64,000 nucleotides of DNA, taken from assembly GCA_017440275.1 (NCBI GenBank), contig JAFSHN010000027.1, forward strand, positions 2,618 through 66,617. The letters are read 5' to 3'. The DNA comes from Bacillota bacterium (GTDB lineage Bacteria > Bacillota > Clostridia > Peptostreptococcales > Anaerovoracaceae). Under the pieces are notes generated by a model, which was not told the DNA's origin, made no database searches, and was given only the letters and a program-made list of their open reading frames with translations. Both the position numbers and the translations under genes were made by a program. This document shows positions 46,996 to 56,427 of the stretch, piece by piece (positions within the stretch are counted from its first letter, which is position 1; each line of letters starts with the position of its first letter).

Positions 46996-49109
46996 AAAAG
47001 TTGTTTAAGAAAAAAGAAGTAATTAAAAAAGAAGAGACAGAAGCTCCTAAACACGAACATATAGAATTTGATACTTTTGAAAAACTGGACCAAAAAATTG
47101 AGGATACATTGAACGAATACGCCAACATGACGGACAAGCAAAGGGCGTATAAGTTTACTCACAACTCATTTGCGGGGGCACTGGTTTGGGCACTTGTATT
47201 GAATTTGATAATTGAAACCCTGGGAAGATTTTCAACAACATCTTTGCTGGGAGGAGTTGAATTTGTATTTCAGAATCCCATAGTATTCTTGTATAATACG
47301 TTGATAATATTTGCAACTTTGGTCGTTGCTTCGCTTTTCAAACGAAGAGTGTTCTTCTTTGTAATTGCGTCGATTTTCTGGCTGGCGGTAGGTATTGTTA
47401 ATGGTGTTATTTTAACACAGAGAATGACGCCATTTACCGTTAAGGACTTGAGCATTCTGGATGATGGTATAACTATTGTAACAAACTATTTAAAAACATG
47501 GCAGATTGTAGGAGCAGCTGTTCTGGTTGTTATTGCTATAGGTCTCCTTGTGGTTCTCTATATCAAAGGCCCTAAAAAAGCACATCCAAAATGGAAGCGT
47601 AATGCAATCGGCGTTCTGCTTGTCATTGTTATGACTTTTGGAGCAACTACATTTATGATTGGCACAGGCCGTGTTCAGACCTTCTTCGGTAACCTGGCGT
47701 ATGCATACAGAGATTACGGTGTTGCATATTGCTTTATTAACACTTGGCTTAACGAAGGTATCGGTAAGCCTAGCGGTTACAGCGAAGAATTGATTCTCGA
47801 TATTTTCGATAAGAGCGAGTTGGGTTCTGATAATGCTATGCTTTTGGAACAGAAGGATGAAGACGAAAAACATCCTAATATTGTATTCCTTCAGCTGGAA
47901 TCCTTTATTGATCCATCTACGATAAACTGCATAGATATCAGTGAAGATGCATGTCCTAACTTCAGAAAACTTTTGAAAAATTATCCGTCTGGTGCACTTA
48001 CCGTTCCTGCTTGCGGCGCCGGTACTGCCAATGTAGAATTTGAAGTTATGACAGGTCTCAGCGTTAAGTTCTTCGGTCCGGGAGAATATCCATATAAGTC
48101 AGTTCTCAAAGAACAGACATTAGAAACAATCGGTTACGATTTGAAGAGCCTCGGATATTCAACTCATGCTATTCACAATCACAGAGGTGTTTTCTATAAC
48201 AGAAATACTGTTTTTGCTAATATGGGTATGGATACTTTTACTAGTATCGAATATATGAGCAATGTAGAGAAGACTCCTAAAAACTGGGCTAAGGACGGAA
48301 TCCTTGTGAACTGCATGCTCGATGCCCTTGATTCCACTCCTTCCAGAGATATGATTTATACAATTTCTGTTCAAGGTCATGGTAAGTATCCGGGCGAAGA
48401 AGTTCTGGAAAATCCAAAGATTAAGGTAACGAAAGCGCCTAGCGAAGAACTGAAGTGGAAGTATGAATACTATGTAAACCAGATTTACGAAATGGATGTA
48501 TTCATTGGGGACTTGATTAAGGCCTTTGAACAATATGATGAAGATATCGTTCTGGTTATGTATGGCGACCACATTCCTGCTATTGATTTGACCGAATCAG
48601 ATTTGGAAAACGGCAATCTGTACGGCACTGAATATGTAATCTGGAGTAACTTCGGACTCAGGGCAAAAGATGAAAATATGTACACATACCAGCTTGCTTC
48701 ACATGTTATGGAAATGCTGGATATGCAGGTGGGAACTATTTTCACATATCAGCAGAATCATAAGAACAGTGAAAACTATTTAAATGATCTGAAAGCTCTC
48801 GGATACGATATGCTTTACGGCAAGTACTATATATACGGAGGCAAAAATCCTTTCGAGCCTACCGATATGCGGATGGGTGTCAAAGACATCAAGATAGAAA
48901 GCATAGTTAAAATTGGCGAAGATTATTTCATAAAGGGTCAAAACTTTACGGAGCGAAGCAAGGTAACCATAGGAGACAAAGTTCTCAAGACCATATATCT
49001 GGGAACCGATATGCTGGGATTACAAGAAGAGGTAGACCCTAAGGATGTATCTAAGATGAAAGTCAGCCAGGTTGAAACGAAGGGTGAAATCTTAGGTACG
49101 ACAGAGTAG
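46992..49109 (+). CDS. LTA synthase family protein (membrane-anchored sulfatase-fold enzyme)
   Basis: N-terminal multi-TM region followed by a sulfatase-like ectodomain (VFLQLESF, GAGTANVEFEVMTG, HNHRG). 705 aa. Confidence 0.8.
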   Translation: MKKLFKKKEVIKKEETEAPKHEHIEFDTFEKLDQKIEDTLNEYANMTDKQRAYKFTHNSFAGALVWALVLNLIIETLGRFSTTSLLGGVEFVFQNPIVFLYNTLIIFATLVVASLFKRRVFFFVIASIFWLAVGIVNGVILTQRMTPFTVKDLSILDDGITIVTNYLKTWQIVGAAVLVVIAIGLLVVLYIKGPKKAHPKWKRNAIGVLLVIVMTFGATTFMIGTGRVQTFFGNLAYAYRDYGVAYCFINTWLNEGIGKPSGYSEELILDIFDKSELGSDNAMLLEQKDEDEKHPNIVFLQLESFIDPSTINCIDISEDACPNFRKLLKNYPSGALTVPACGAGTANVEFEVMTGLSVKFFGPGEYPYKSVLKEQTLETIGYDLKSLGYSTHAIHNHRGVFYNRNTVFANMGMDTFTSIEYMSNVEKTPKNWAKDGILVNCMLDALDSTPSRDMIYTISVQGHGKYPGEEVLENPKIKVTKAPSEELKWKYEYYVNQIYEMDVFIGDLIKAFEQYDEDIVLVMYGDHIPAIDLTESDLENGNLYGTEYVIWSNFGLRAKDENMYTYQLASHVMEMLDMQVGTIFTYQQNHKNSENYLNDLKALGYDMLYGKYYIYGGKNPFEPTDMRMGVKDIKIESIVKIGEDYFIKGQNFTERSKVTIGDKVLKTIYLGTDMLGLQEEVDPKDVSKMKVSQVETKGEILGTTE

Positions 49110-49119
49110 GAGAATTATT

Positions 49120-49665
49120 ATGAAAACTGTCGAAACTGATAGACTTATTCTCACACCATGGACAGAATCAAGAGAAGACGCAGAAGGGCTTTATGCTTAT
49201 GCAAAAGACCCGGATGTGGGTCCTAATGCGGGTTGGAAACCGCATGAAAGCGTTGAGGAATCCGCAATGATTATAAGAGATATGTTTATTCCTGAGACAA
49301 CCTGGGCTATTCGCGAAAAGGCCTCAGGCAAGATAGTTGGAAGTATCGGGCTGATGCCCGACAGAAGACGCGAGGATGTAAACAGCAGAGAAATGGGATA
49401 TTCACTTGCGAAAGAGTGCTGGGGAAAAGGGTATATGACAGAAGCTGCAAAGGCTATGATGGATTATGGCTTCGAGGAATACGGATTGGTTGTAATGGCT
49501 ATCTGTACAGGCCCTGAAAACAAGAGATCTCAGCGCGTCATCGAAAAGTGCGGTTTCAAATACGAAGGTCTGCAGCGCAAAGGATATCATATTTACGACG
49601 GAACAGACAGAGACAATTTAGTATTTTCCATTTTGAGAGAAGAGTGGGAAGCACTAAAAGCATAG
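49120..49665 (+). CDS. GNAT family N-acetyltransferase (RimJ/RimL-like)
   Basis: ETDRLILTPW, WGKGYMTEAAKAMMDYGFEE, ENKRSQRVIEKCGFKYEG. Confidence 0.8.
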   Translation: MKTVETDRLILTPWTESREDAEGLYAYAKDPDVGPNAGWKPHESVEESAMIIRDMFIPETTWAIREKASGKIVGSIGLMPDRRREDVNSREMGYSLAKECWGKGYMTEAAKAMMDYGFEEYGLVVMAICTGPENKRSQRVIEKCGFKYEGLQRKGYHIYDGTDRDNLVFSILREEWEALKA

Positions 49666-49694
49666 TCACACAATTCGAAAATATCACATATTAT

Positions 49695-49724
49695 ATAGAG
49701 GACAGAAATGTCCTCTATTTTTAT
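49695..49724 (+). terminator. rho-independent terminator after the GNAT gene
   Basis: ATAGAGGAC agaaat GTCCTCTAT followed by T5. Confidence 0.75.
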
Positions 49725-49740
49725 CTTGTGAGGAATGTAT

Positions 49741-50877
49741 ATGATATATCTCGATAATGGTGCCACATCCTTTCCCAAACTCAGAGGCATGGTAAGAGCG
49801 ATGGAAGAGTGCCTTCTTACATACTGCGGAAATCCCGGTAGGTCAGGGCATTATATGTCTATGCGTACAGGAGAAGAAGTATACAAAGTTAGAAAACAGA
49901 TAGGGTCATTAATTGGAGCGAGAAACCCCGAACGAATAATTTTTACGAAAAATACAACTGAAGCTTTGAATCTGGGACTTAAGGGAGTAGTGAAGGGCGG
50001 AGATCATGTGATAACCTCCTCTATGGAACATAACTCTGTGCTCCGGCCTCTTAAGGCATTGGAAAAGAAGGGTGTCAGCCATTCAATAATCAGAGCCGGT
50101 ACAGATGGAACTGTCAATCCCTTGGACGTAGAAAAAGCAATAAGGCCAAATACAAGACTCATAGTTATAACGGCGGCGTCTAATGTTACAGGAACGAAAA
50201 TGCCACTTGCGGAACTTGCAGGAATTGCAAGAAAAAGAGGAATTCTTTTTATGGTTGATGGCGCCCAAGGTGTCGGTAATATGATGCTGGATGTAAATAA
50301 AATAGGAATAGATATATTTGCAGCTCCCGGACATAAAGGCTTACTTGGCCCTCAGGGAACCGGATTTTTGTACGTAAGACCAAACCTGGAATTGGAATTT
50401 TTGACAGAGGGTGGTACCGGAACCGATTCTAAAAGCCGTCTGCAGCCGAAAGACTTTCCTGACGGATACGAAGCGGGAACCATTAATTCACCATCCATAA
50501 TAGGACTTGGTGTTGGAACTTCGTTTGTAGAAAAAATAGGGCCGGAGGTTATAGGAATATTTGAGGAAGAATTGATAACATACCTTGAAGAAGATTTATA
50601 TAATATGAACTTTATCAGAGTATATGGTCCAAAGCCCAAAAAGAAAACAGGAATTACGTTGTTTAATATGGACGGAGTGGGGCCGGAAGAATTGACAGAT
50701 ACTTTGGGCAAAGAGTACGGAATCGCGGTAAGAGGAGGATTTCATTGTGCGGGGCTGGCGCACAAGACTATAGGAACTTGGAACAGTGGTGCAGTCAGAG
50801 TCAGCGTAGGGCCATTTAACAGAAAAAAAGATATGAAATATCTGGTGGATGCACTTTGGAAGATTTACCGTAACTAG
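49741..50877 (+). CDS. class V aminotransferase / cysteine desulfurase family protein
   Basis: MIYLDNGATSFPK N-terminus, SNVTGT, DGAQGVG, PLP-lysine context APGHKGLLGPQG. ATG 49741 lies 6 nt after GAGGA (the track start at 49735 is less likely). Confidence 0.8.
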   Translation: MIYLDNGATSFPKLRGMVRAMEECLLTYCGNPGRSGHYMSMRTGEEVYKVRKQIGSLIGARNPERIIFTKNTTEALNLGLKGVVKGGDHVITSSMEHNSVLRPLKALEKKGVSHSIIRAGTDGTVNPLDVEKAIRPNTRLIVITAASNVTGTKMPLAELAGIARKRGILFMVDGAQGVGNMMLDVNKIGIDIFAAPGHKGLLGPQGTGFLYVRPNLELEFLTEGGTGTDSKSRLQPKDFPDGYEAGTINSPSIIGLGVGTSFVEKIGPEVIGIFEEELITYLEEDLYNMNFIRVYGPKPKKKTGITLFNMDGVGPEELTDTLGKEYGIAVRGGFHCAGLAHKTIGTWNSGAVRVSVGPFNRKKDMKYLVDALWKIYRN

Positions 50878-50917
50878 ACAAAAAACTCAGAATATGATAA
50901 TATTACAATAATTCATC

Positions 50918-50939
50918 AGACCCAAAAGGGTCTTTTATT
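50918..50939 (+). terminator. short terminator hairpin
   Basis: AGACCC aaaa GGGTCT followed by TTTTATT. Confidence 0.55.
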
Positions 50940-50953
50940 ATAGAGGGGAAAAT

Positions 50954-52549
50954 ATGAGAGATAAAAGGGAATATAACAATAGTTCCAGCAGTGCCGGAAT
51001 GCGGCTTCTGAGAAAAGGGCAGAAAGGTTTCTTCAGGGTAATTTTCAGCCGCGTAGGAATAATGACAGCAATGTTATTCCTCCAAATAGGAATTTTGATT
51101 TCAATAGTTCTGTGGCTGGATGATTTTCTGCCACATGCTTTTGGGGGATTCACTTTGATGGGGGTTATAATGGTTTTGTATCTGATAAGCAGTGACCATA
51201 ATCCATCAGGGAAAATTACTTGGTTGATAATAATACTGGTAATGCCGGTTTTCGGTATAGCATTGTACGCATTTATTGAAAGTGATTTAGGCCACAGAAA
51301 ACTTCGTGATGCACTGTCAGTGATAATTGCCAAGACCGAGAGACTGATTCCACAGGATAGAGAAGTATTAGAGAAACTTCATAAGAAAAGCTACGGGGCA
51401 GCATCTCTCGCACATTACTTGCGTTATAGTGGAGGTTTTCCGGTCTATGACGACAGTGATATAACTTATCTTTCTTCAGGCGAGGAGAAGTTTAAGGAAT
51501 TACTTAAGCAGTTGGAAGCAGCGGAGCATTTTATATTTTTAGAATATTTCATTATCGATGAAGGTCTAATGTGGGGAAAAGTTCTGGAAATACTGGCACG
51601 AAAGGCAAAGGAAGGCGTTGATGTGAGGGTTATGTATGACGGTTCCTGCGAGTTTTCTACGTTGCCTAGAGACTATCCAAAGCGTTTAGCAAGATTGGGC
51701 ATCAAATGTAAGGTGTTTGCGCCGGTATCACCATTTGTATCTACGTATTATAATTATAGAGACCATAGAAAAATTCTGGTAATTGATGGTCACACAGCAT
51801 TTACCGGAGGAATAAATTTGGCCGATGAGTATATCAATCGAATCAAAAGGTTTGGACATTGGAAAGATACGGCTGTCATGATTAAGGGCAGTGCAGTAAA
51901 GACCTTTACATTGTTGTTTTTGCAAAACTGGAGTATGGATGCTAACAGTCCTGATTTTGACAAATTCCTGACTTATAATCCTCTTCCTTCTAAAGAGGCA
52001 AAGGGATTTGTAATTCCATACGGTGACTGTCCTGTAGATAATGATAAAACAGGAGAGCGCGTTTATATGGATATTCTCAATCGTTCTCTTGATTATGTTC
52101 ATATTATGACGCCTTATCTGATTCTGGACGGAGAATTGGAAACCGCACTAAAGTTTGCTGCCGAAAGAGGTGTAGATGTTAAGATAATTTTGCCGGGCAT
52201 TCCTGATAAGAAAATTCCGTATGCTTTGGCCAAAACTCATTACAAATCTTTGATTAATTCAGGTGTAAAAATTTATGAGTATACTCCGGGATTTGTTCAT
52301 GCGAAGGTTGTTGTGGCGGACGCTATAGAAGCGGTGGTAGGAACTATCAATATGGACTACCGAAGCCTTTATCATCATTTTGAGTGTGCAGCTTATATGT
52401 ATGACACGGACTGCATTGAAGATATCGAAAATGATTTCAATGAAACTATGAGCAAGTGCAAGCGTGTTACAGAGGAAACTATAAAAAAAGAAAAGTTATA
52501 TTATAAGATTACGGGCTTTATCCTGAAGGGATTTGCACCGTTGATGTAA
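50954..52549 (+). CDS. cls: cardiolipin synthase
   Basis: Two HKD motifs (DHRKILVIDGHTAFTGGINL; VHAKVVVADAIEAVVGTINMD) and N-terminal TM helices. Confidence 0.9.
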   Translation: MRDKREYNNSSSSAGMRLLRKGQKGFFRVIFSRVGIMTAMLFLQIGILISIVLWLDDFLPHAFGGFTLMGVIMVLYLISSDHNPSGKITWLIIILVMPVFGIALYAFIESDLGHRKLRDALSVIIAKTERLIPQDREVLEKLHKKSYGAASLAHYLRYSGGFPVYDDSDITYLSSGEEKFKELLKQLEAAEHFIFLEYFIIDEGLMWGKVLEILARKAKEGVDVRVMYDGSCEFSTLPRDYPKRLARLGIKCKVFAPVSPFVSTYYNYRDHRKILVIDGHTAFTGGINLADEYINRIKRFGHWKDTAVMIKGSAVKTFTLLFLQNWSMDANSPDFDKFLTYNPLPSKEAKGFVIPYGDCPVDNDKTGERVYMDILNRSLDYVHIMTPYLILDGELETALKFAAERGVDVKIILPGIPDKKIPYALAKTHYKSLINSGVKIYEYTPGFVHAKVVVADAIEAVVGTINMDYRSLYHHFECAAYMYDTDCIEDIENDFNETMSKCKRVTEETIKKEKLYYKITGFILKGFAPLM

Positions 52550-52554
52550 AATCA

Positions 52555-52585
52555 AAGAGGAGCGGAATAACCACTCCTCTTTTTT
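52555..52585. terminator. bidirectional terminator shared by cls (+) and tRNA-Arg (-)
   Basis: AAGAGGAG (52555-52562) pairs with CTCCTCTT (52574-52581). T-run on the plus strand and A-run upstream. Confidence 0.65.
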
Positions 52586-52611
52586 GGTGCCCCTGAATGG
52601 AATCAACCACA
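52585..52611 (-). repeat. partial duplicate of the tRNA-Arg 3' end
   Basis: TGGTGCCCCTGAATGGAATC is identical to 52613-52632. It then reads AACCA with a 1-nt deletion relative to the tRNA. The copy abuts the intact gene with a 1-nt spacer. Confidence 0.85.
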
Positions 52612-52612
52612 T

Positions 52613-52688
52613 TGGTGCCCCTGAATGGAATCGAACCATCGACACACGGTTTAGGAAACCGCTGCTCTATCCGCTGAGCTACAGAGGC
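52613..52688 (-). tRNA. tRNA-Arg (anticodon CCU), CCA encoded
   Basis: Hand-folded cloverleaf. Acceptor GCCUCUG/CAGGGGC (one G-U). D arm GCUC/GAGC. Anticodon stem GCGGU/ACCGU with loop UUCCUAA. T arm GAUGG-UUCGAUU-CCAUU. 76 nt. Confidence 0.9.
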
Positions 52689-52756
52689 ATATTCGCTATG
52701 CTTTGTGAAACAATACTATTATATATCATCTTAACAGAAAAATTAACAGAAATATA

Positions 52757-52785
52757 TTGTTAAAATATTATTTATGTAATATAAT
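52757..52785 (+). promoter_or_regulatory. sigma-A promoter of the CoA-transferase gene
   Basis: TTGTTA (52757-52762), a 17-nt spacer, then TATAAT (52780-52785). Confidence 0.5.
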
Positions 52786-52846
52786 TATGACGTATTGTTA
52801 AAAGAATAACGATAACTCTGATTGTGAAGGGAAAAAGGGTGTCTAT

Positions 52847-54202
52847 ATGTATAAAGTTGCGAATTTAAAAGACGAGTATAAGAAAAAACTTATTACTGCT
52901 GAACAGGCTGCTGCAATGGTTAAACCGGGAGACAGACTTCATTTCGGTCTGGGATGCGGTTCGATAGTTGATATTGATAAGGCCATTGCCAAGAGAGCTG
53001 ATGAACTGAGAGACATTACTGTAATCAGCACAGTGGCAATTCGTGAAAAACCTTTCGAAACTTATCTTGCAACCCAAAGCAATGATCAGGTTCGATTTTC
53101 TTCTGCTCACTTTAGTTCTCATGACCGCAAGATGAACCAGGACGGACGTTGCTGGTACATTCCGATGATGTTCGCAGAACTTCCTCTGCTGTGGTACCAT
53201 AATAACAACGAAGTTGATATTGCAATGTTCCAGGTGGCACCTATGGATGAACACGGGAACTTCAACCTGGGACCTCAGGTAGCAGATATGTGGGGAGTAA
53301 TTAAGGGCGCCAAAAAGATTATCGTTGAAGTAAATGAAAATATGCCGATTGCCCACGGTTACCAGACACAGCTGAACTTATATGGCATTGACTACGTGGT
53401 TGAAGGAAGTAACAGTCCGTTGGCAGAGCTTCCTGCAAAGGAACCATCCCAAATTGACAAGATGATTGCTGCTCACGTAGTAGATAAAATCCGAAGCCAC
53501 AGCACATTGCAGCTGGGTATCGGAAGTTTACCTCTTTGTATAGGTCAGATGATTGCTGAATCAGATTTAAGAAATATCAATGCACATACAGAAATGTTTA
53601 CAGATGCATACGTAGATTTGTTTGAAGCCGGCAAGCTGACCGGAAATAAACCGATTGACAAGAGTAAAGCTGTTTATACATTCGCGGGCGGAAGCAAGAG
53701 ATTGTATGATTTCATTGATGATAATCCGATTTGTTGCAATGCACCTGTAAATTATGTAAATAATATTGCAACGATTTCAAAGATACCAAACTTTATATCT
53801 GTAAACAGCTGTATTCAAGTTGACCTTTACGGACAGGTTTGTTCGGAATCAGCAGGACATAGACAAATCAGCGGAACAGGCGGACAGCTTGATTTCGTGC
53901 TTGGTGCATATCAATCTATAGGGGGCCATAGTTTCCTTTGCACACCATCGACAAGAACTAAGAAAGACGGTTCTCTTGAATCATTGATTTCTCCTGTACT
54001 TCCAAGGGGAGCGATTGTAACCACTCCTAGAATGGCTACTAACTATATCGTAACTGAATACGGTGCAGCCGACCTGAAGGGTAAAACTACATGGGAAAGA
54101 GCGGAACTGCTCATAAACATCGCACATCCTGATTTCAGAGATGAACTCATCAAAGATGCTGAAAAGATGGGAATATGGAAAAATTCAAGTAAGTTAATAT
54201 AA
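52847..54202 (+). CDS. acetyl-CoA hydrolase/transferase family protein (butyryl-CoA:acetate or 4-hydroxybutyrate CoA-transferase type)
   Basis: 451 aa. N-terminus (EYKKKLITAEQAAAMVKPGD) and the SGTGGQLDF motif resemble the But/Cat2-type CoA-transferases of butyrate producers. Confidence 0.8.
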   Translation: MYKVANLKDEYKKKLITAEQAAAMVKPGDRLHFGLGCGSIVDIDKAIAKRADELRDITVISTVAIREKPFETYLATQSNDQVRFSSAHFSSHDRKMNQDGRCWYIPMMFAELPLLWYHNNNEVDIAMFQVAPMDEHGNFNLGPQVADMWGVIKGAKKIIVEVNENMPIAHGYQTQLNLYGIDYVVEGSNSPLAELPAKEPSQIDKMIAAHVVDKIRSHSTLQLGIGSLPLCIGQMIAESDLRNINAHTEMFTDAYVDLFEAGKLTGNKPIDKSKAVYTFAGGSKRLYDFIDDNPICCNAPVNYVNNIATISKIPNFISVNSCIQVDLYGQVCSESAGHRQISGTGGQLDFVLGAYQSIGGHSFLCTPSTRTKKDGSLESLISPVLPRGAIVTTPRMATNYIVTEYGAADLKGKTTWERAELLINIAHPDFRDELIKDAEKMGIWKNSSKLI

Positions 54203-54214
54203 AAAGCAAAATTT

Positions 54215-54246
54215 AAGAGGCTGTCTCAATGTTGAGACAGCCTCTT
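54215..54246. terminator. bidirectional terminator between convergent genes
   Basis: AAGAGGCTGTCTCAA pairs with TTGAGACAGCCTCTT. Confidence 0.8.
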
Positions 54247-54265
54247 GTAATTCTATGAAAGGAGT

Positions 54266-54916
54266 TTAGTCGTCAATGGAGTCAATATCGTAATCAAGAA
54301 CTTTACCGGAAGTTGCGTTGATCTCTACTTCATATTCGTAAGCTCCGCTGATAAACTCGATTTCGTACACATACACACCGTCATCTTTATCCAATTTAGC
54401 CTTAGTAAAAGTTGCATCTGATGATGCTACACCGGCTTTCTGGAGAGCGATTGATTTTGCCTTATCAGTACCGATGTAATTGGAAGTGCCGGAGTTTTGG
54501 GCCGGCTTAGTTGTCTGAGTACTTTGAGCTGGAGTTTTTGCCGGAACTTTAGCGTTTGGATTTTCCAGACCTGCTTCTCTGTAGTCCTCTGCATCCATTG
54601 CTTCTCTCTTGGCTTCCAAAATTACTCCATCTGATGCAGCGATGAGATAGTCATATTCGAATCCGCCTGCGTAGAAGTCAACTTCGTATGCTTTTCTTCC
54701 ATCTTCAAGATCAAATTTAGTAACTAGATTAACTGCTTCTTCCTGCTTGAAGCCTGCATTTTCTAAGGCGATAGCTGTTGCTTTTTCGGAATCGATTCCA
54801 TTCTTGCCGCTTGCAGCCTGAGATTGAATTAGTGATAATCCAAGAGCGCCTATGATTAATGCTCCGCAAATTGCGATAACAACTGCTTTCTTTGATAATA
54901 AATTTTCTCTCTTCAT
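54266..54916 (-). CDS. secreted/anchored protein with two PepSY domains
   Basis: N-terminal signal/anchor. Two repeats of the type KA..IAL..AG......T..K...DDG..VYE.EF.....EYE...A.SG..L. Confidence 0.75.
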   Translation of the reverse strand: MKRENLLSKKAVVIAICGALIIGALGLSLIQSQAASGKNGIDSEKATAIALENAGFKQEEAVNLVTKFDLEDGRKAYEVDFYAGGFEYDYLIAASDGVILEAKREAMDAEDYREAGLENPNAKVPAKTPAQSTQTTKPAQNSGTSNYIGTDKAKSIALQKAGVASSDATFTKAKLDKDDGVYVYEIEFISGAYEYEVEINATSGKVLDYDIDSIDD

Positions 54917-55012
54917 CTTAATACCCTCCTTATATATTTAAATCCCTTTTGTTTTGTATGGCCTTATTATGCAGGGTCAATATTAAAGAAAGATTAAAAT
55001 GAAAAAGTTTTT

Positions 55013-56419
55013 TTAAATTTTTTTCGGTAATGTCAATGTGAAAGTGCTGCCAGTTCCCGGAGAACTTTGAACACTCATTTGTCCGCCGTGAAAAGCGGCA
55101 ATTTCTTTAACCATAGAAAGTCCTAATCCAAAACTTCCTTCCTCATTTCTGGATGAGTCTTCCTGGTAAAAGCGGTTCCAGATTTTTTCGAGGTTTTCCT
55201 CGGTAATGCCCTGTCCTCTGTCTGATACGGACAAAGTAATTTGTGATTCACTCTCCTTTAAGGAAAGCGAAACGCAAGGATGGTCAGGACTGTACTTAAA
55301 AGCGTTATCCAAAAGATTGATTACAAGACGAGACATCAGACTTTCGTCAATGGTGTATTTTATTCCGCTTTCTACATCCAGTGTCAACTCCGAGGAATCA
55401 TCCAGAAGTATGCGGCGTTCTTCACCTATAGAAGCAACAAGCTGACTTAAATCTGTTTCAACCAGTTTGAAGGTGTCGCTTCGGTTTTCAAGTCTTGTAA
55501 AGAAAAGAAGCTGGGAAAGGAGAGAAGACATACGGTCGTTTTGACGCTGTATTACTTCAAGAGCTTCTTTATAATCGTCTTCAGATTCTGCAAACTGAAG
55601 AGCGTATTCGCACTGTGCCTTGATAACAGCCATAGGAGTGCGAAGCTCATGGGATGCATCTGAAGTGAACTGTTTTTCTGCATTGAATGTTTTTTCAAGG
55701 CGTTCAAACATTTTGTTATATGTCTGTGCCAGCTGATGAAGTTCGTCCTCCCCGGCTTTCAAATCAATTCGACGTGATAAATCGCCTGATTCGGATATTT
55801 CTTTTGCTGCATTGCTGATTTTTTCAATCGGCGCAAAAGAACGGCGAGTCAGAACGTATCCGCCCAGCAGCGTGAAAACACCAAAGAGTGGAATAAACCA
55901 GAGAGAAATTCTTGCCACATTATATAGAATATTTACAACTTCGTTTTCTGAAATAAAGCCTCTGAGCCATAGTCCGTTCAGATTGTTGCCGGTCAAAGGT
56001 TTTTCGTATATATAATACTTTTGGCCACGATGCTCAATGGTTCCCACGGATGTAAAAGAAAAGGCAGACTCTTTGTCTAAATGAAAAGGAGTTTCTCCGT
56101 AAATGAGGAAATTGTCCTTATCGATAAGAGCGGTACATACTCCGTCTAAATAATCGCAGAAATCATCATCGATTTCCAGAACACCGCCGTTGTATGAAAT
56201 ATAGAAGTCCGATGGTTCTTTATCCACCGAAGAAAGGGAATTGTTAAACTCGATTTCATCTGCATTATATTCTACAATTTCAATGAGACGTTCCTGAATA
56301 CTCTGGTCAAGAACGCTGCGGCTTATGACAAAGGTGAGGGCAGTAGACGCTGCTGACAAAACGAAAATTGCGATTGCAAACCACAATATGATTTTTTTCT
56401 TAATAGTAAGTTTTCTCAT
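55013..56419 (-). CDS. sensor histidine kinase (two TM, HAMP, HisKA, HATPase_c)
   Basis: H-box FTSDASHELRTPM, N-box LLDNAFKYS, G-boxes DRGQGI and GLGLSMV. Confidence 0.9.
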   Translation of the reverse strand: MRKLTIKKKIILWFAIAIFVLSAASTALTFVISRSVLDQSIQERLIEIVEYNADEIEFNNSLSSVDKEPSDFYISYNGGVLEIDDDFCDYLDGVCTALIDKDNFLIYGETPFHLDKESAFSFTSVGTIEHRGQKYYIYEKPLTGNNLNGLWLRGFISENEVVNILYNVARISLWFIPLFGVFTLLGGYVLTRRSFAPIEKISNAAKEISESGDLSRRIDLKAGEDELHQLAQTYNKMFERLEKTFNAEKQFTSDASHELRTPMAVIKAQCEYALQFAESEDDYKEALEVIQRQNDRMSSLLSQLLFFTRLENRSDTFKLVETDLSQLVASIGEERRILLDDSSELTLDVESGIKYTIDESLMSRLVINLLDNAFKYSPDHPCVSLSLKESESQITLSVSDRGQGITEENLEKIWNRFYQEDSSRNEEGSFGLGLSMVKEIAAFHGGQMSVQSSPGTGSTFTLTLPKKI

Positions 56420-56427
56420 AGGCTCTC

